A stretch of 64,000 nt of DNA from Flectonema sp. DT1601 (taxonomy: Eukaryota), in contig OZ025780.1 in assembly GCA_964019425.1 (NCBI GenBank), positions 682,001-746,000 on the forward strand, given 5' to 3'. The position numbers and the translations under genes are program-made. The notes under the pieces were generated by a model. The model did no database searches. It was not told the DNA's origin and worked only from the letters and a program-made list of their open reading frames with translations. Position 1 is the stretch's first letter, and the number at the start of each line of letters is the position of its first letter. Below are positions 1 to 11,600 of the stretch, piece after piece.

Positions 1-4
1 CCAA

Positions 5-448
5 ATGGATGACTCCGTCGATATAAACTCACACCAACACCATCAAGAAGATCACTACCATCATCACCGTCACATCATAACAGGTGACGGCAGTGATGAC
101 GGAATGTATTCTCAACAGGTTGCACAGCTTTGCGCTCCATCACCTCGTTTAAAAGTTCATCAAGCTGGTATGCGTAATTCGAATGTTCGAAAAGTAAAAT
201 CTGAGCCTTCAAAAGCAAAAATTAACAATTGGCTTCAACGAGTTCAACCTAATAGTGAGTACAGGCAGCCTTCTATTGTTGGTTCCGCGTGTACGGAAGA
301 CTTTCCAACTCCTGGTTGGTTCACAGTAAATGATGCCGGAGTTGTTGTACCAGAACCAACTCCGAAGACTAATGCGAGAAAGTTAAAACGAGTTCATAAA
401 AACATAGTCAGTAGGATAAAACAAAATGACTACAGTGATGATGAATAG
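5..448 (+). CDS. Hypothetical protein, His-rich/low-complexity; possibly the 3' end of a longer gene (frame is open from the window edge)
   Basis: 147-aa ORF with coding-like composition and no homopolymer runs, on the same strand as all neighbours; no recognisable domain. Confidence 0.6.
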   Translation: MDDSVDINSHQHHQEDHYHHHRHIITGDGSDDGMYSQQVAQLCAPSPRLKVHQAGMRNSNVRKVKSEPSKAKINNWLQRVQPNSEYRQPSIVGSACTEDFPTPGWFTVNDAGVVVPEPTPKTNARKLKRVHKNIVSRIKQNDYSDDE

Positions 449-449
449 T

Positions 450-515
450 TGTTATCTATTATTCCCGTTCTGAGTTTGGTATTACTGTCTGCGATCAATA
501 GAACACAAGACTGTA
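450..515 (+). repeat. Dispersed ~65-nt element, copy 1 (3' UTR position)
   Basis: TGTTATCTATT.TTCC.GT...GTATTACTGTCTGCGATCA.TAGA....AGACTGTA is shared with 1812-1873 and partly with 57480-57521. Confidence 0.6.
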
Positions 516-801
516 GATTCGCATATTCAATTCTCTTTTTTTTTTTTTTTTTTGTTTCCTACATTGTTAAAATCCCTAATTTAGATTAGAAAAAAAAAAC
601 ACAAAACCACCCAATCCAATTGTATGTCTCCCCCAGCTTGTAAGTTATTTTTTTATTATTTAGATACTGCTATCTTTTTGTCTCTTTTTTTTGAAATTTT
701 TAATAATGTTTTGTTGTTTGTATAATAGAATAATTTTATTTTATTTTTTTTCAGGGGAACCCCCGATCCCTTCACTGGTGGGTTCCAGGGATATAACAAC
801 A

Positions 802-1752
802 ATGGACGTTTTCGATGAAATGGCAGATTTTTTTAAAACTCTGGAAGGACCATCACCAGAAGTCGGTTTGAAAAAAGATGTTGGAATTTCAAATTCAAAA
901 AATGAAATTCCGATGATAAACAATTTTAGTAATCAAACACAGAAAGTAGATCCTATACCTGTCAGCCCAATTAAACCGACTGACTATGAACTTATGATTA
1001 AAAAACAACTCCTTCTTGAGCGTCTTCAGCGAGAACAGGGACTACCAAGAAACCTTAGCACCTTACACGAAATTAATTCAAATTCAGAACCAATCGTATC
1101 TGAGATTACTGAGGAGGCTCCAACAGATGTACAAGTGCTTCCTATTCAGGAACAACAATGCATATCAAATTGTGTTCACGATGCATCTGTTGTGATACAA
1201 TCAACTGAACCACAACCTAGTAGTCAGAGTCTTAAGAAAGAGGAGGGGATACCACAGGTGGAGGATAGCAATCAAGATGATTCTCAATTATTAAAAATAA
1301 AAGCTCTGGAGGAGCAACTCAGCAATAAAATTGCGGAACATAACACGACAGCAACTCAACTTTCACATCAGCAATTTGTTAGCAGCGTGAGTACTGCTTT
1401 GAATGATTTGAGTAGTGAGTTGCAATTTGGATTTTCAACAACCGAAACGATTATTTTAGATATCGTATCAGTTCTTCAAGGTTCACCTCGGGTATGCAAT
1501 TCGTCTAAAGACATGTCGGCATCAAAGAACACTCCAGGACCTGTTGGTGGTAAGAAAGTAGCTTTTAATCTCGATCGCAACCAGTATCGTTCATACTACC
1601 ACACTGTAATGGCAGAACAGAGAGGAGAGGCACTCTCTCAAGACGATGAAGACAGAATGATGGCCGAACAGCTACAGCGCGTATTCAATGACGAATTAAA
1701 CGGAAAGTCTGAGGGTTACGGAGCCAGACATGGAAGGAGAAGAAAAAAATAG
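802..1752 (+). CDS. Hypothetical protein with a central coiled-coil-like segment
   Basis: Long ORF; first ATG at 802 follows a T-rich AG acceptor at 753-754. An alternative model, exon 624-639 plus a GTAAGT..CAG intron at 640-754, is also in frame (MSPPAWEPP...). Confidence 0.7.
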   Translation: MDVFDEMADFFKTLEGPSPEVGLKKDVGISNSKNEIPMINNFSNQTQKVDPIPVSPIKPTDYELMIKKQLLLERLQREQGLPRNLSTLHEINSNSEPIVSEITEEAPTDVQVLPIQEQQCISNCVHDASVVIQSTEPQPSSQSLKKEEGIPQVEDSNQDDSQLLKIKALEEQLSNKIAEHNTTATQLSHQQFVSSVSTALNDLSSELQFGFSTTETIILDIVSVLQGSPRVCNSSKDMSASKNTPGPVGGKKVAFNLDRNQYRSYYHTVMAEQRGEALSQDDEDRMMAEQLQRVFNDELNGKSEGYGARHGRRRKK

Positions 1753-1811
1753 AAAACTCTCTTTTAAAAAAAAACTATTCAGATTAAGAGCCATTATTTT
1801 ATTATGTCAAA

Positions 1812-1873
1812 TGTTATCTATTTTCCTGTAGGGACAGTATTACAGTCTGTGATCAGCTAGATATGAGGCTGTA
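1812..1873 (+). repeat. Dispersed ~65-nt element, copy 2 (3' UTR position)
   Basis: TGTTATCTATTTTCCTGT...GTATTACAGTCTGTGATCAGCTAGATATGAGGCTGTA; TACAGTCT/AGGCTGTA can form an 8-bp stem. Confidence 0.6.
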
Positions 1874-2579
1874 TCTGAATGATTTTTTTTTTTTTTTTTT
1901 TTTACTCTTTGGTTCGGTTCTTTCTTCCGCCATATTATTATTTTTTTTATTTTAATAAATTGTTTCTGCTAGCCGCTTCAAGTCATTTTTGTCTGGTACT
2001 TTTGTTTCTTTTGCAAGAGCTTTAAAAAAAAAAAAAAAAAAAAAAAAGGCAGCAAAAGAGAATCTCCTTTTAACAAAATATATAAAAATAGAAAAAAAAT
2101 AACTTTGTCAGGGGAATAAGAAAACAGGCAATCTCCCTGTGAGACCAGTTTTCAACGAAACGAAACGAATACCATGAATGTCAGTTTTGTCAGTAGCGGT
2201 GCTTTGAGTGACTTGGAGGGTTAGTTTTTGAGCTTCACACAGAAAAACCAAATAATCCTTGCAGCGAATGGGAAAATTCTTTCTTCTTTTTCTTTTTTTG
2301 CTTTTCCTCAACTTCCTGCGTGTTTATTTTTAACTTTCAATAATATATTTTTTCCCCACCCTTTTCCCCCCTTTTATTGTTTTTCTGGCAATAACATTTG
2401 AGGGTGTGGTTTTTCTTACCCACTTCCTCTATCCCTGTCTGTGTTTTTACGCGCGGTTGTCACCCTCCCTGAGATTCGCGCCTCGCTTTTTTGTTTTGTC
2501 TCAGATTTAGTTGGTTCGATCTCTGTCTCATTTAAAATAATAATAATAATAATGGGGAAGAGATCCTTTTGTTGCATAA

Positions 2580-2610
<31 letters not shown>

Positions 2611-3095
2611 GATATTCGTAGGACTCTTCTTAGGAGGGGCTCTCACAATAATTAAACTTAAATTTAAAAAAAAAAAAAAAAAAACAGGAGTCTGTCTGAC
2701 ATATGACTTTACTGAGGTCTCTTTTCGGTTGTCTCTCTCTGTAGTAAAGAGCGATTTACAAGGAGAATATTTTTTTTCTTCTTCTGATTATTGGTAGTGC
2801 CTACCTTCCTACTAATGAAAAAAAATAGAGCACGTTTGACCAGCAGCTAAGGTCAGAGTGCTAATTATTTTCCTTCGGTGGTGTTGTAAAGAATTATTTA
2901 TGGTTTTGGATTTTCACTTTCCGGTGCTGCTTTATATGTTTGACCCCCTCAAACTTTTCTGCACACGCGGTAGAACTTTTTATTAGTTTCAAGGACTTTC
3001 ACATCGAGAATTGATTTCAGAATACACGTGCTAAGTCTATTTTTTTTCCTCTTTTTTTTTTCTGTTCTCCCCATTCAGGTGCACACGAGTGAAAA

Positions 3096-3221
3096 ATGAA
3101 TAACAATCTCCTATGGTGTATCGCAGTTGTGAGAAGGACACGCAGTATGAGTCGAAAAATTGAAATTCTCATTCAACAAGAACTGAATTGGAACCAAATT
3201 TTCTATCATGCTTTTCTTTAA
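3096..3221 (+). pseudogene. Degenerate partial duplicate of the 5' end of the downstream glycosyltransferase (41-aa mini-ORF)
   Basis: 3111-3193 aligns to 3308-3391 with small indels; translation MNNNLLWCIAVV...KIEILIQQ versus LWCIAVV...KIETLIQQ. Confidence 0.7.
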
Positions 3222-3265
3222 TAACAATTTTCCTTTTTTTTTTTCTCTAGATTTCTCTTTCACAA

Positions 3266-4639
3266 ATGTATCAGCGACTAGTAGTAGTAATTGCTGGGCT
3301 AGCCGCTCTGTGGTGTATTGCAGTTGTGAAGGACATGCAGTATGAGTCGAAAATTGAAACTCTCATCCAACAACAAAGAACTGAATTAGAAATATCACCA
3401 AAAATGGCAAGAGAGTTGGTTGGAAAAGCTCTTGATGGGATTCAACTTAGACCAAATTTTTTAAAACCTGACATGGAATCAGTGATCAAATCGAGATCTA
3501 CCAATAACGACATCATATTTATCACTGCTGGATTCGACTACAGAGAGGTTCTCGCTAATTGGATTGCGAATACTGAAAATCAAGGAATTTCAAACTGGAT
3601 TATCTGCTGCTTTGATCACGACATCGACATCTGGTTAAGAGAACGAGGATCGATGTGTCATATAATCGTACCTCGGAGACTTATCCAATCAGAATTAGAG
3701 ATTCAAAAAAACCGTCATTGCCGCGGTCAAGAAGGCTACACGGTAACCACAAAAACAATAGAACTCTGCATGCAACTAACTTGTTCTGGTTTTTATAACA
3801 CCAACTGCTTGGGTGTATCTTTTACAATGAATCGACATGGACAGAATGGAACTTGCGTGAAATGTGTTGGAAATCCTCAAGATGAATTCGTTTCTGGAAT
3901 TCCTCAACCGGGAACTGACACTGCATTATTTATGTCAAAGAATAGAATATGGCATTTACGTTGGTTAGCAGCAATGGATGTCATGTCGTTAGGTTTAAAC
4001 GTTGTGTTTATTGACCTTGACGCAATCGTAGTGAAGAATTTCTTCCCTTTATTGCATAGCTTGTCAGATGCTGATGTGGTTGCGCAACGTGACTTCGGAC
4101 CTAATAAAGCTGTTGCTCTGTGGGGTAATTCAATATGCATGGGATTCTCTTACTGGAGAGTCGGTACAAGAAAACGACACGAGATAATAAAAAACGTTGA
4201 AAACATCCTTCAGAGAAGTGGTGATGATCAGAGTGCTGTTGCGAATGCATTGTTGATTGAAGGAGTTCGTTTTAAGAAAGAACTACAACCAGAAGACACT
4301 GAAACAAAGATAGCAACTGCTCCAAGTGGATACACGCTTGCTATGCTTCCTTTGACTAATTTTACAAGAAGATGCCCTGATGGACTGATTGACAGAAGCA
4401 ATCAAATTATTGCTCATTGTATCTTCGGAGGTTCATCCGCCAGAAAGAAAGAAGTCCTTAAAGAACTTGGTGGTTGGCTATTAGCTAAAAGCTGGCAACC
4501 AAAAGGTCAATCAAAAACCTTTTCTGAATTTATAAACCGAGCGGTGAACTCCTCAACAAAACAATGTTATGAGAGCAACAAATACTGCTGTCAGCTACCC
4601 TCTCGAGGCAGTGCTAACATAACTGGTATTGTGTGTTAG
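3266..4639 (+). CDS. Type II membrane nucleotide-diphospho-sugar transferase (Nucleotid_trans / GT77-like)
   Basis: N-terminal signal anchor; 'YREVLANW', 'LGLNVVFIDLDAIV' (DxD), 'ICMGFSYWR', 'DDQSAVANAL' and 'IIAHC' occur in GT77 order. Confidence 0.8.
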   Translation: MYQRLVVVIAGLAALWCIAVVKDMQYESKIETLIQQQRTELEISPKMARELVGKALDGIQLRPNFLKPDMESVIKSRSTNNDIIFITAGFDYREVLANWIANTENQGISNWIICCFDHDIDIWLRERGSMCHIIVPRRLIQSELEIQKNRHCRGQEGYTVTTKTIELCMQLTCSGFYNTNCLGVSFTMNRHGQNGTCVKCVGNPQDEFVSGIPQPGTDTALFMSKNRIWHLRWLAAMDVMSLGLNVVFIDLDAIVVKNFFPLLHSLSDADVVAQRDFGPNKAVALWGNSICMGFSYWRVGTRKRHEIIKNVENILQRSGDDQSAVANALLIEGVRFKKELQPEDTETKIATAPSGYTLAMLPLTNFTRRCPDGLIDRSNQIIAHCIFGGSSARKKEVLKELGGWLLAKSWQPKGQSKTFSEFINRAVNSSTKQCYESNKYCCQLPSRGSANITGIVC

Positions 4640-5500
4640 CGATGGTGTTGAGTTGTATTTGGCATAAACATTGTCTTCTTGGACCGTACTCAGCATTTTT
4701 ATTTTTGTTTTTGAAAAAAACTTGTAGACGCGTCCGCTTGAGGAAGTAGTTTACCGAAGTCGTTAACTTCATTTAATATTTTGAGAGAACAGGAATACCT
4801 TTTTTTTCTCATTTTGTATTTTTGTTGTCGAACATTCGACATAACAGATTAGATAACAACTCAGTAGCTATTCTCTCATTCGGAAAAAGAAACGCAATCA
4901 AATCAAGATAATATTCTCAAAAAGAAATTCAATTCAAATATAAATCTGAAAAAGGACAAGAGGGAAAAAAAAAAAAAAAAAAAAAAAAAATAGAGTCAGC
5001 GATAAGAGAAATCGGTTTAAAGAAATAATTTTTTTATTTTTTGTACCTACAAATTGTGATTGAACTAAAATGTTCAGCAAAAAAAAAAGCAAAAAAGTGA
5101 AGTTTTGTGTCGAATTCTTTTTTAAATTTGCCTCATTGAAAGATAAGCCTTATATGAAACTAACAATCACAGGCAATTGAGAGAACTGGACTAGATAACA
5201 AAATCTACTTCGATGGACTTGGTTGCCTCGGTCAATGTAACTAACCTATTCCTTTATTAGGACTTTTTGTACCGAGTTTGCGCAACAAAAACAAAACTAA
5301 AGTGTTCAGTAAAGTTTTTGATTTCATCCGTTGTTTGTTTGATGATCGTTCCAATTTGTTGATTCGAATTATTTATAAATACTTACTGAGGTTATTCAGT
5401 CACAATAATAATTGACTGACTGACTTCTACACCATGATTAATGATGAGGATAAGTGTTAAAAAGAGGTACATGGATTACTTCATATATCCTAAAAAATAG

Positions 5501-5695
5501 TTAACTTCAAGAAAAAGACTGATTTAAGCATCAAGACAGGCGTTGAATTATCGTAATCTTAGCCCGAAACCAACTTGTTTGTTGTCCTACGAAATTTTGA
5601 CTTTTTTTTTGATTGATAACTGTTTTTATTTAACTTCAAAAAAAAAAAAAAAAAAAAGACTGATTTAAGCATCATGGCAGACGTTGAATTATCGT
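5501..5695. repeat. Local direct repeat (5501-5554 and 5630-5695)
   Basis: TTAACTTCAA..AAAAAGACTGATTTAAGCATCA..CAG.CGTTGAATTATCGT occurs twice; the second copy has an expanded A run. Confidence 0.8.
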
Positions 5696-5752
5696 TACAA
5701 TGCAATTGATATTTTCAAAAAAAAAATAGTTATCTCATCTCTGGTGAGGAAA

Positions 5753-5790
5753 AGAGAGACGGAGAGAGAGAGAGAGGGAGAGAGAGGAGA
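5753..5790. repeat. Imperfect (GA)n microsatellite
   Basis: Directly visible GA repeat. Confidence 0.8.
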
Positions 5791-6585
5791 TATGTGTATG
5801 CAGGTAAGTTATGATTTATAAAGTGGTGGAGTTCCTTGATGACGTTTTTTTTATCAATTTTCTTTTTTTACCCATATTTACCTTTTTTTAGTTAAAACCG
5901 TCTAAAAGATTACTGATGTTTGTTAATCAGCATTTTTTTGTGAGAGATTTTTTTTAAATTTCACGGTTGCGATGAAGTAGTAATGTCACACCTTGTCTAA
6001 CCATCTGAAAGTTAGTGTAACAACTCACCGTGCAACGAAGCGGCTATGGATTGTGCTCTTCTTTCTGATCTAGGTACAGATGTATTCCTTTTGTTTAGTT
6101 TCTTTTTTGTTTGATTTTATTTGCTATTTTTTCTTTCTTTTTTCTTTTTTTTTTTTTTTTTCCATATGTAATTGGGGAAGCTTTTGTTGTTTTTTTTTTT
6201 TTAAATTATTTTATTCTTTTGTTTTTAAAATTTAATTTTAAATAAAATAAAATAAAATAAAAAAAAAAAATCCCAAAATTACAAAAAAAAAAAAAAAAAA
6301 ATTATCACACAATGAATATTCTTGGCCTCACGAGAGTAGCTTTGTACGTGTTGTGTTGCACACGTGTAGAAGTTTTCCAATTGTCATTCTAATTTTTTAT
6401 TCCTTTTCAAAGTAGGCATCACGCACCATTCAACCTTTCGCGAGCAGTATATCCCCTTGAAGAAAAAATTGAGTCTAATTTTTTTTTTTTGGTTTTGGGA
6501 GAGAGACACTATTTTTTTTTTTTTTTTTTTTGTTGTTTTACTTCATTTTCTAAAAAAAAGAAAAAAAAAAAAAAAACTCAAAAAT

Positions 6586-6978
6586 ATGAGTGTCGCACCG
6601 TGTAAGATCGATAAGAGCCATTTAGCCTCCTGTAATTATGGACTTGTTAAGCTGACTGACATGCCTGAAGAAATGAGAGCGGAAGCTAAGGATACAGTAG
6701 TAACTGCTTTAGAAAAGAATCCAGACCCTGATAAGTACGAGGTATGAAGAACGTTTGTTTACAGTTGAGAACACAAAAAAAAACGAGAAAAAAAAAAAAA
6801 AAAAATGAAACAGGCTGCTGCTAAATTCATCAAAGATGTGATGGACAAGAAGTTTGGTCATCCTTGGCACTGCGTTATTGGTGAAGGATTCGGTTTTGAA
6901 ATTACCTACGAACTAAAACACTTGATGTACATGTACTTTGGTGGTAATATAGCTGTTTTATTATTTAAAGCTCTGTAG
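6586..6978 (+). CDS. DNAL4: Axonemal dynein light chain 4 (LC8 family); exons 6586-6741 and 6814-6978
   Basis: Removing GTATGA..AAACAG (6742-6813) joins 'TDMPEEMRAEAKDTVVTALEK...KYE' to 'AAAKFIKDVMDKKFGHPWHCVIGEGFGFEITYELKHLMYMYFGGNIAVLLFKAL'. Confidence 0.92.
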
Positions 6979-7459
6979 ATTTGCGAACAGACTGCAGTCT
7001 TTGTTCAAGTTAATCACGACTGTCTAAGCGACGGTTTTTTATGTGTAATTCGTATGCACATGTTTCTTTTACACCTGCATGAGTATGTGCTGAATTAGGT
7101 ATCTGTAGCCTGGTGCTGCAAAAATATTTCTGACTTTTAACCGGAAAAAAAAAAAAAAAAGGGGGGGAATTCAATTCATCCCTTTTTTAGATATCCTCAC
7201 CTTTCCAGTCCACAGGTATTCTTTATTACCTCCCGAAAGGGATAATTTATTTAAGTGTTCCTTTTTTTTTTTAAAAAAAGTAGGGATTTGAGAACCATTT
7301 TTTTTCTTAAAACAGGTGGTCCACAACACAATATTATTGTGTTCTATTTTCCCCAGTATGGTGACAGCCGATACGCTATCTGAATAGTTTCCCTTTCTAT
7401 TTTTATTCTTTCAATAAGACATGTTCAAAACATAATTTAAAAAAAAAATAAAAAAAAAT

Positions 7460-7912
7460 ATGGAACCAAAAGATGATCGAGAGTTAACTTTTGAAAACCA
7501 CGGCTTGGCTATTCACTTATTAGTTTTTAGTGATGAAGAATCAGGTCGGGAACTCTGTAAAATAGATTGGACAGACAGTGACGCCTTTAATGGAGAAAAA
7601 CAAGAATTTCTATCACGCGAAATGCTTCAATGCTCTGCTGTCTGCAGGACGATGCGTTTTAGTAGTACAAAAGAGCGTTTTAAAGCTGTAATTGTGCAAA
7701 AAGTACTATTTAACGGAGAGCAGATTGAGACTTGGTCGTTTGATTTTGGTTACGTAATACCTAATTCTACCAACACGTGGGCATCAGTCACGAAAGCGGC
7801 TGATCAAATGATCCCTCCTGAAATCTTAAGTGGTAAAATGGTTATCGAGAGTACCTTCTATGATGGCAGTGAGGTACTGGCAGTACAGAGAACTCGATGT
7901 TTTTTCAAGTAG
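7460..7912 (+). CDS. PDE6D: Prenyl-binding protein PDE6-delta (GMP-PDE delta / UNC119 superfamily)
   Basis: 'MLQCSAVCRTMRFSS', 'QKVLFNGEQIETWSFDFGYVIPNSTNTW' and 'QMIPPEILSGKMVIESTFYDG' match the PDE-delta signature. Confidence 0.88.
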   Translation: MEPKDDRELTFENHGLAIHLLVFSDEESGRELCKIDWTDSDAFNGEKQEFLSREMLQCSAVCRTMRFSSTKERFKAVIVQKVLFNGEQIETWSFDFGYVIPNSTNTWASVTKAADQMIPPEILSGKMVIESTFYDGSEVLAVQRTRCFFK

Positions 7913-8663
7913 AAAATAATTTAAAAAAAAAAAAAAAGGAAAAGGAAAAGCAACATTCGTTAACAGGGGAGAATGCCTATCTTTTATACCGCTTATCTTT
8001 TATACCGCTTTACGCGAAGTTTATTGTAATTGGTTTTCGTAGTCATCTGGTCGCTGATATGAAAAACTACTTTCACTCCTCCCATACTAGGATATGTTTA
8101 AGTAAAGCACCTAATTTTTTTTTTTTTTTTTTTGCCAGACCACATGCATATTTCTTATTGCAAGTAACTCAAAACAATAATGGAATGGCTACTCGCGGTG
8201 TCATTTCACGACTGGTGCTGATTCCGTTGTACGCGACCCAAAGAGCACCCTGAGGATGGTTGACGATGGTTTATTGTCTTCAGATGCAAGACTGTTTATT
8301 TTGTACTTTAAATTCCGGCCTCCTAAGTTAATCACTGCTCTTGACCTTTCGGGTTTTAGTAGTGTAACTACCATTGAAAATCTTTTCTTATTTTTCTTGT
8401 CTACAAAGCACTGCTCTTGACCTTTCAAGTCTTTGTTGTGTCACTGGTTCACAGATTGGTGCTTTTGACCTTTTCAGATCTTAGTGAGGTGAGTGTAAAT
8501 CGGAGATTTATTTCCACCTTTAAAAAATCTGTTCAGCAATTAGAGAACAGTCTTAGTGGTCAATTCATTAAATTGGTTGGTATTATTAGTTTACTGATAC
8601 ACTAAATCCTTTGTTATTGATTTCATTTTACTTTTATTATTTATACTTTCAGACATGCTATAA

Positions 8664-11600
8664 ATGACTGCGCCCGTCGCCGGTACCGACAGCGGCAGTG
8701 GGAACGTCTGCTTTGATGATCGGTTGCTGCTGTCCAGCGCGTTATTCTTTGGGTATCTGTATGGACAGGTAAGAGGTGATTGCAGAAACCCTTTGATGGT
8801 TGTACATGCGCATCCACAGGTAGTTTCACATTTAAAAGACAAGGAAAAGGTCGCTCAAGACAGTCACCTTGCGACACTTGTTTTACAACCACTTCGTAGT
8901 TTTGAACATGCTGTAATTCAGTTGGTGAGACCGACTGATTTTGCAAGCAATAACATAAGCAATTCATTAGCTTATGGTCAGACTGTTAGATTAAAGCATT
9001 GTTTTAGTAATTTATTTATAACGTTAAGGTCACAGGATGATGGTGATTCGAGAGGACTACGAAAACACGCAACGGTAACAACACCAGTAGCACCTCGTAG
9101 AAAACAAGCTCAGATTGATACCCCTTCATCAGTTGAGCTTAACCAAGATCGATATTCTTATGAAGATAGTCAGACTCAGTTGTTTAGAGTTCTTCCGAAA
9201 TATTCAAAAATTAGAAAAGAAGGTGATGCTGTTCGGATAGGTGATCAAGTAATATTTCAGCATTTGGAGTCCGGAAGGGTCCTCGCAGCCGGTGAAATCA
9301 ACGAAGAACAAACAAACTGTGACGCAGTCGCTATTCACAGAGGAAAATCCGAATCAACTCTCGGTCTAATCGCTCCAAAGAAAGAATCAAGGCCATTTGC
9401 TGTTAAGAGAAAAGAAGCTGAGATCTGGACAATTCACGGATTTCATAAAAAAGCGACTACAGAAAGTAGTTTGATAGGTCAACAAGAAGTTCCAGATGAG
9501 CCAGAGGTAGTTCAAGCTGGAGGGGTCGTCGCTTTACATCACGTTGAAAGTGATTGTTTTTTATCTATAACAAAACAACCCTTACCACGACCATCTTGGA
9601 TACCAAGTTCACTAACTCTACCAGCAAGAACTAATTCATCTGTATTCGAAGACTCACAGCGAGTTGATCAGGTAGCTAGAAACCCTGGAGATCCGTATGT
9701 TGAACCTCGTTCTGAGATAAGCACAGAATTCTCAACTTATTCAAGTCTTTGGGTTCTAGAACGGGATGAACCACAAAAGGGTGGAGTCGTAACCCTACAC
9801 AGAAGTCGAGGTAATTCTAATTCAACAACTGGTGTTTATCTCCTCCGTCATCTTGAATCTGATTCTTACCTCGCAACATCTGAAAGTAGAGGTGGTCACG
9901 TTCTCACCACAGTTAAGAATAAAGAAAAACAATCTCAAGACTGTTTCATCCGATTCCTACCGGACACATCTGGTGCAGCAAAAAGTGACGATCATGACGT
10001 ACTTGGTGGACATACTTTAGTGAGAATACAATTCGCAACTAGTAAGCTTCTGCTTCATATTCGAAAGAATCAAGATGCTACTCTTAGTAACAGAGTGATC
10101 TATGAAGACTTGTTTGTGATTAGACCATTGTCAGCTTCATTTGCGTTTGATTTGACTACCATGTTATCGAGTGTTTCAACACTGAAAACATGTTCAATGA
10201 TTCACCCACAACTAAGAAAAGCAAGTAAACATCTAAGTGGTTCAGTATCACCAAAAGGACTGCCACCTGTTTTGACCGTCGCATCAGCAAGTTTAGAGGT
10301 ATTGAAATCTGTAAAGGCTGCAACCGATATAATAACAAAACCAGTAAGACCACCAAGTGCTGTTCTGGAAGCAAATTCCTCAAACGCTGATCTGACGGGG
10401 TCTCTCTTATGTAGACAACAGCTATTGCTTGATACACAATTTCACGTCCTAACGTTCAACCTGTTACTGTGGTGTAGAGTGTTGAGTGATTTACTCAATG
10501 ATTCAGATTCAAGTGAATCGTCCTCCTCGGATGAGGAAGCAGCGAGTGAACTCGAAGAAATTGATAACAAAGTAGCCGAAGTATCTTACCACTGCTATGC
10601 CATATTAATGCATCTGTGTCTTGCTGAGCCCAGTAGAAATAATTTCAGTCCTTCAGCGGGTCATTTAGCTCCGTGGATACCACTGATAAGTCACTTAGTA
10701 GGTGGTGAGACGTTGAGATCATCAAAACACGCGGAGACAGGTCTTCGTCTTCTCATGGCTATTCTAAAAGATAAAAATGATATTATCAGTTGTATACCTG
10801 AAGAAGACATTAGCGTTTGCATCGATGATTTGATGCCTTTCTTGTGTGATCCTTCTGCTTATATTCCTCGTCTTTTTGGTGACACCAATCGGATAGCAGT
10901 CCTAACATGTATATGTGTCTGTAATGGATCATCAATTGTTGATAATCAAAATTTAGTAACTCAAAGAATTCGAGACGCCAACCACTCTTTACTATATCCT
11001 TCTCGGGTGAAGAGAGGTCGTATACAGGTTTATCTGCCAACAGACAGACGTAGCTTTGGTGCTGCAGCACAGAGAAAAAGTACAATGCCAATTAACATGC
11101 AAAATGCTACCATGGCACCTTTAAAAAAACAATATAAATCTCTTAGAAACTTAGGTTCAGAATGGATTGACTTAGCAAAACTGATGTACGGAGATTGGAG
11201 AGATAACACGATAGCATACTTCTCAGCGACAAGGGAATTATTACATTCGATATCACATAATAATGAAGGAGGTGCGGAATTCGTTCGGAAGAACGTCAGC
11301 GCTGATGAAGTTCTTCTCGGAGTCGTATTAAAAAGTGACGAATATCTATTCCCACCTCGAGAAGAAGAATTAGAATACCCAAATCAAACCTACGCTGATC
11401 CCCTCAGAGCTGCTTATGTAAGATTGTGTCGAGCTGCTTTTATAGGTCGTTGTGCCTCTGATAGCATTCCGAAGATAAAGAGAAAACGGGGAGCACCTTT
11501 ATCAATGCTGACGGTTGAAAAAAGTCTCAGCGATCGGAAAGAAGAATGGGGACGTAAACCACCACGAGCTGGAAGACGAGGTGCGATCTTTGTAAGTGAG

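Noticed and set aside
8333..8475. CRISPR-like repeat-spacer pattern
   Set aside because: Only two exact 18-nt copies with uneven spacing, no cas genes, eukaryotic context
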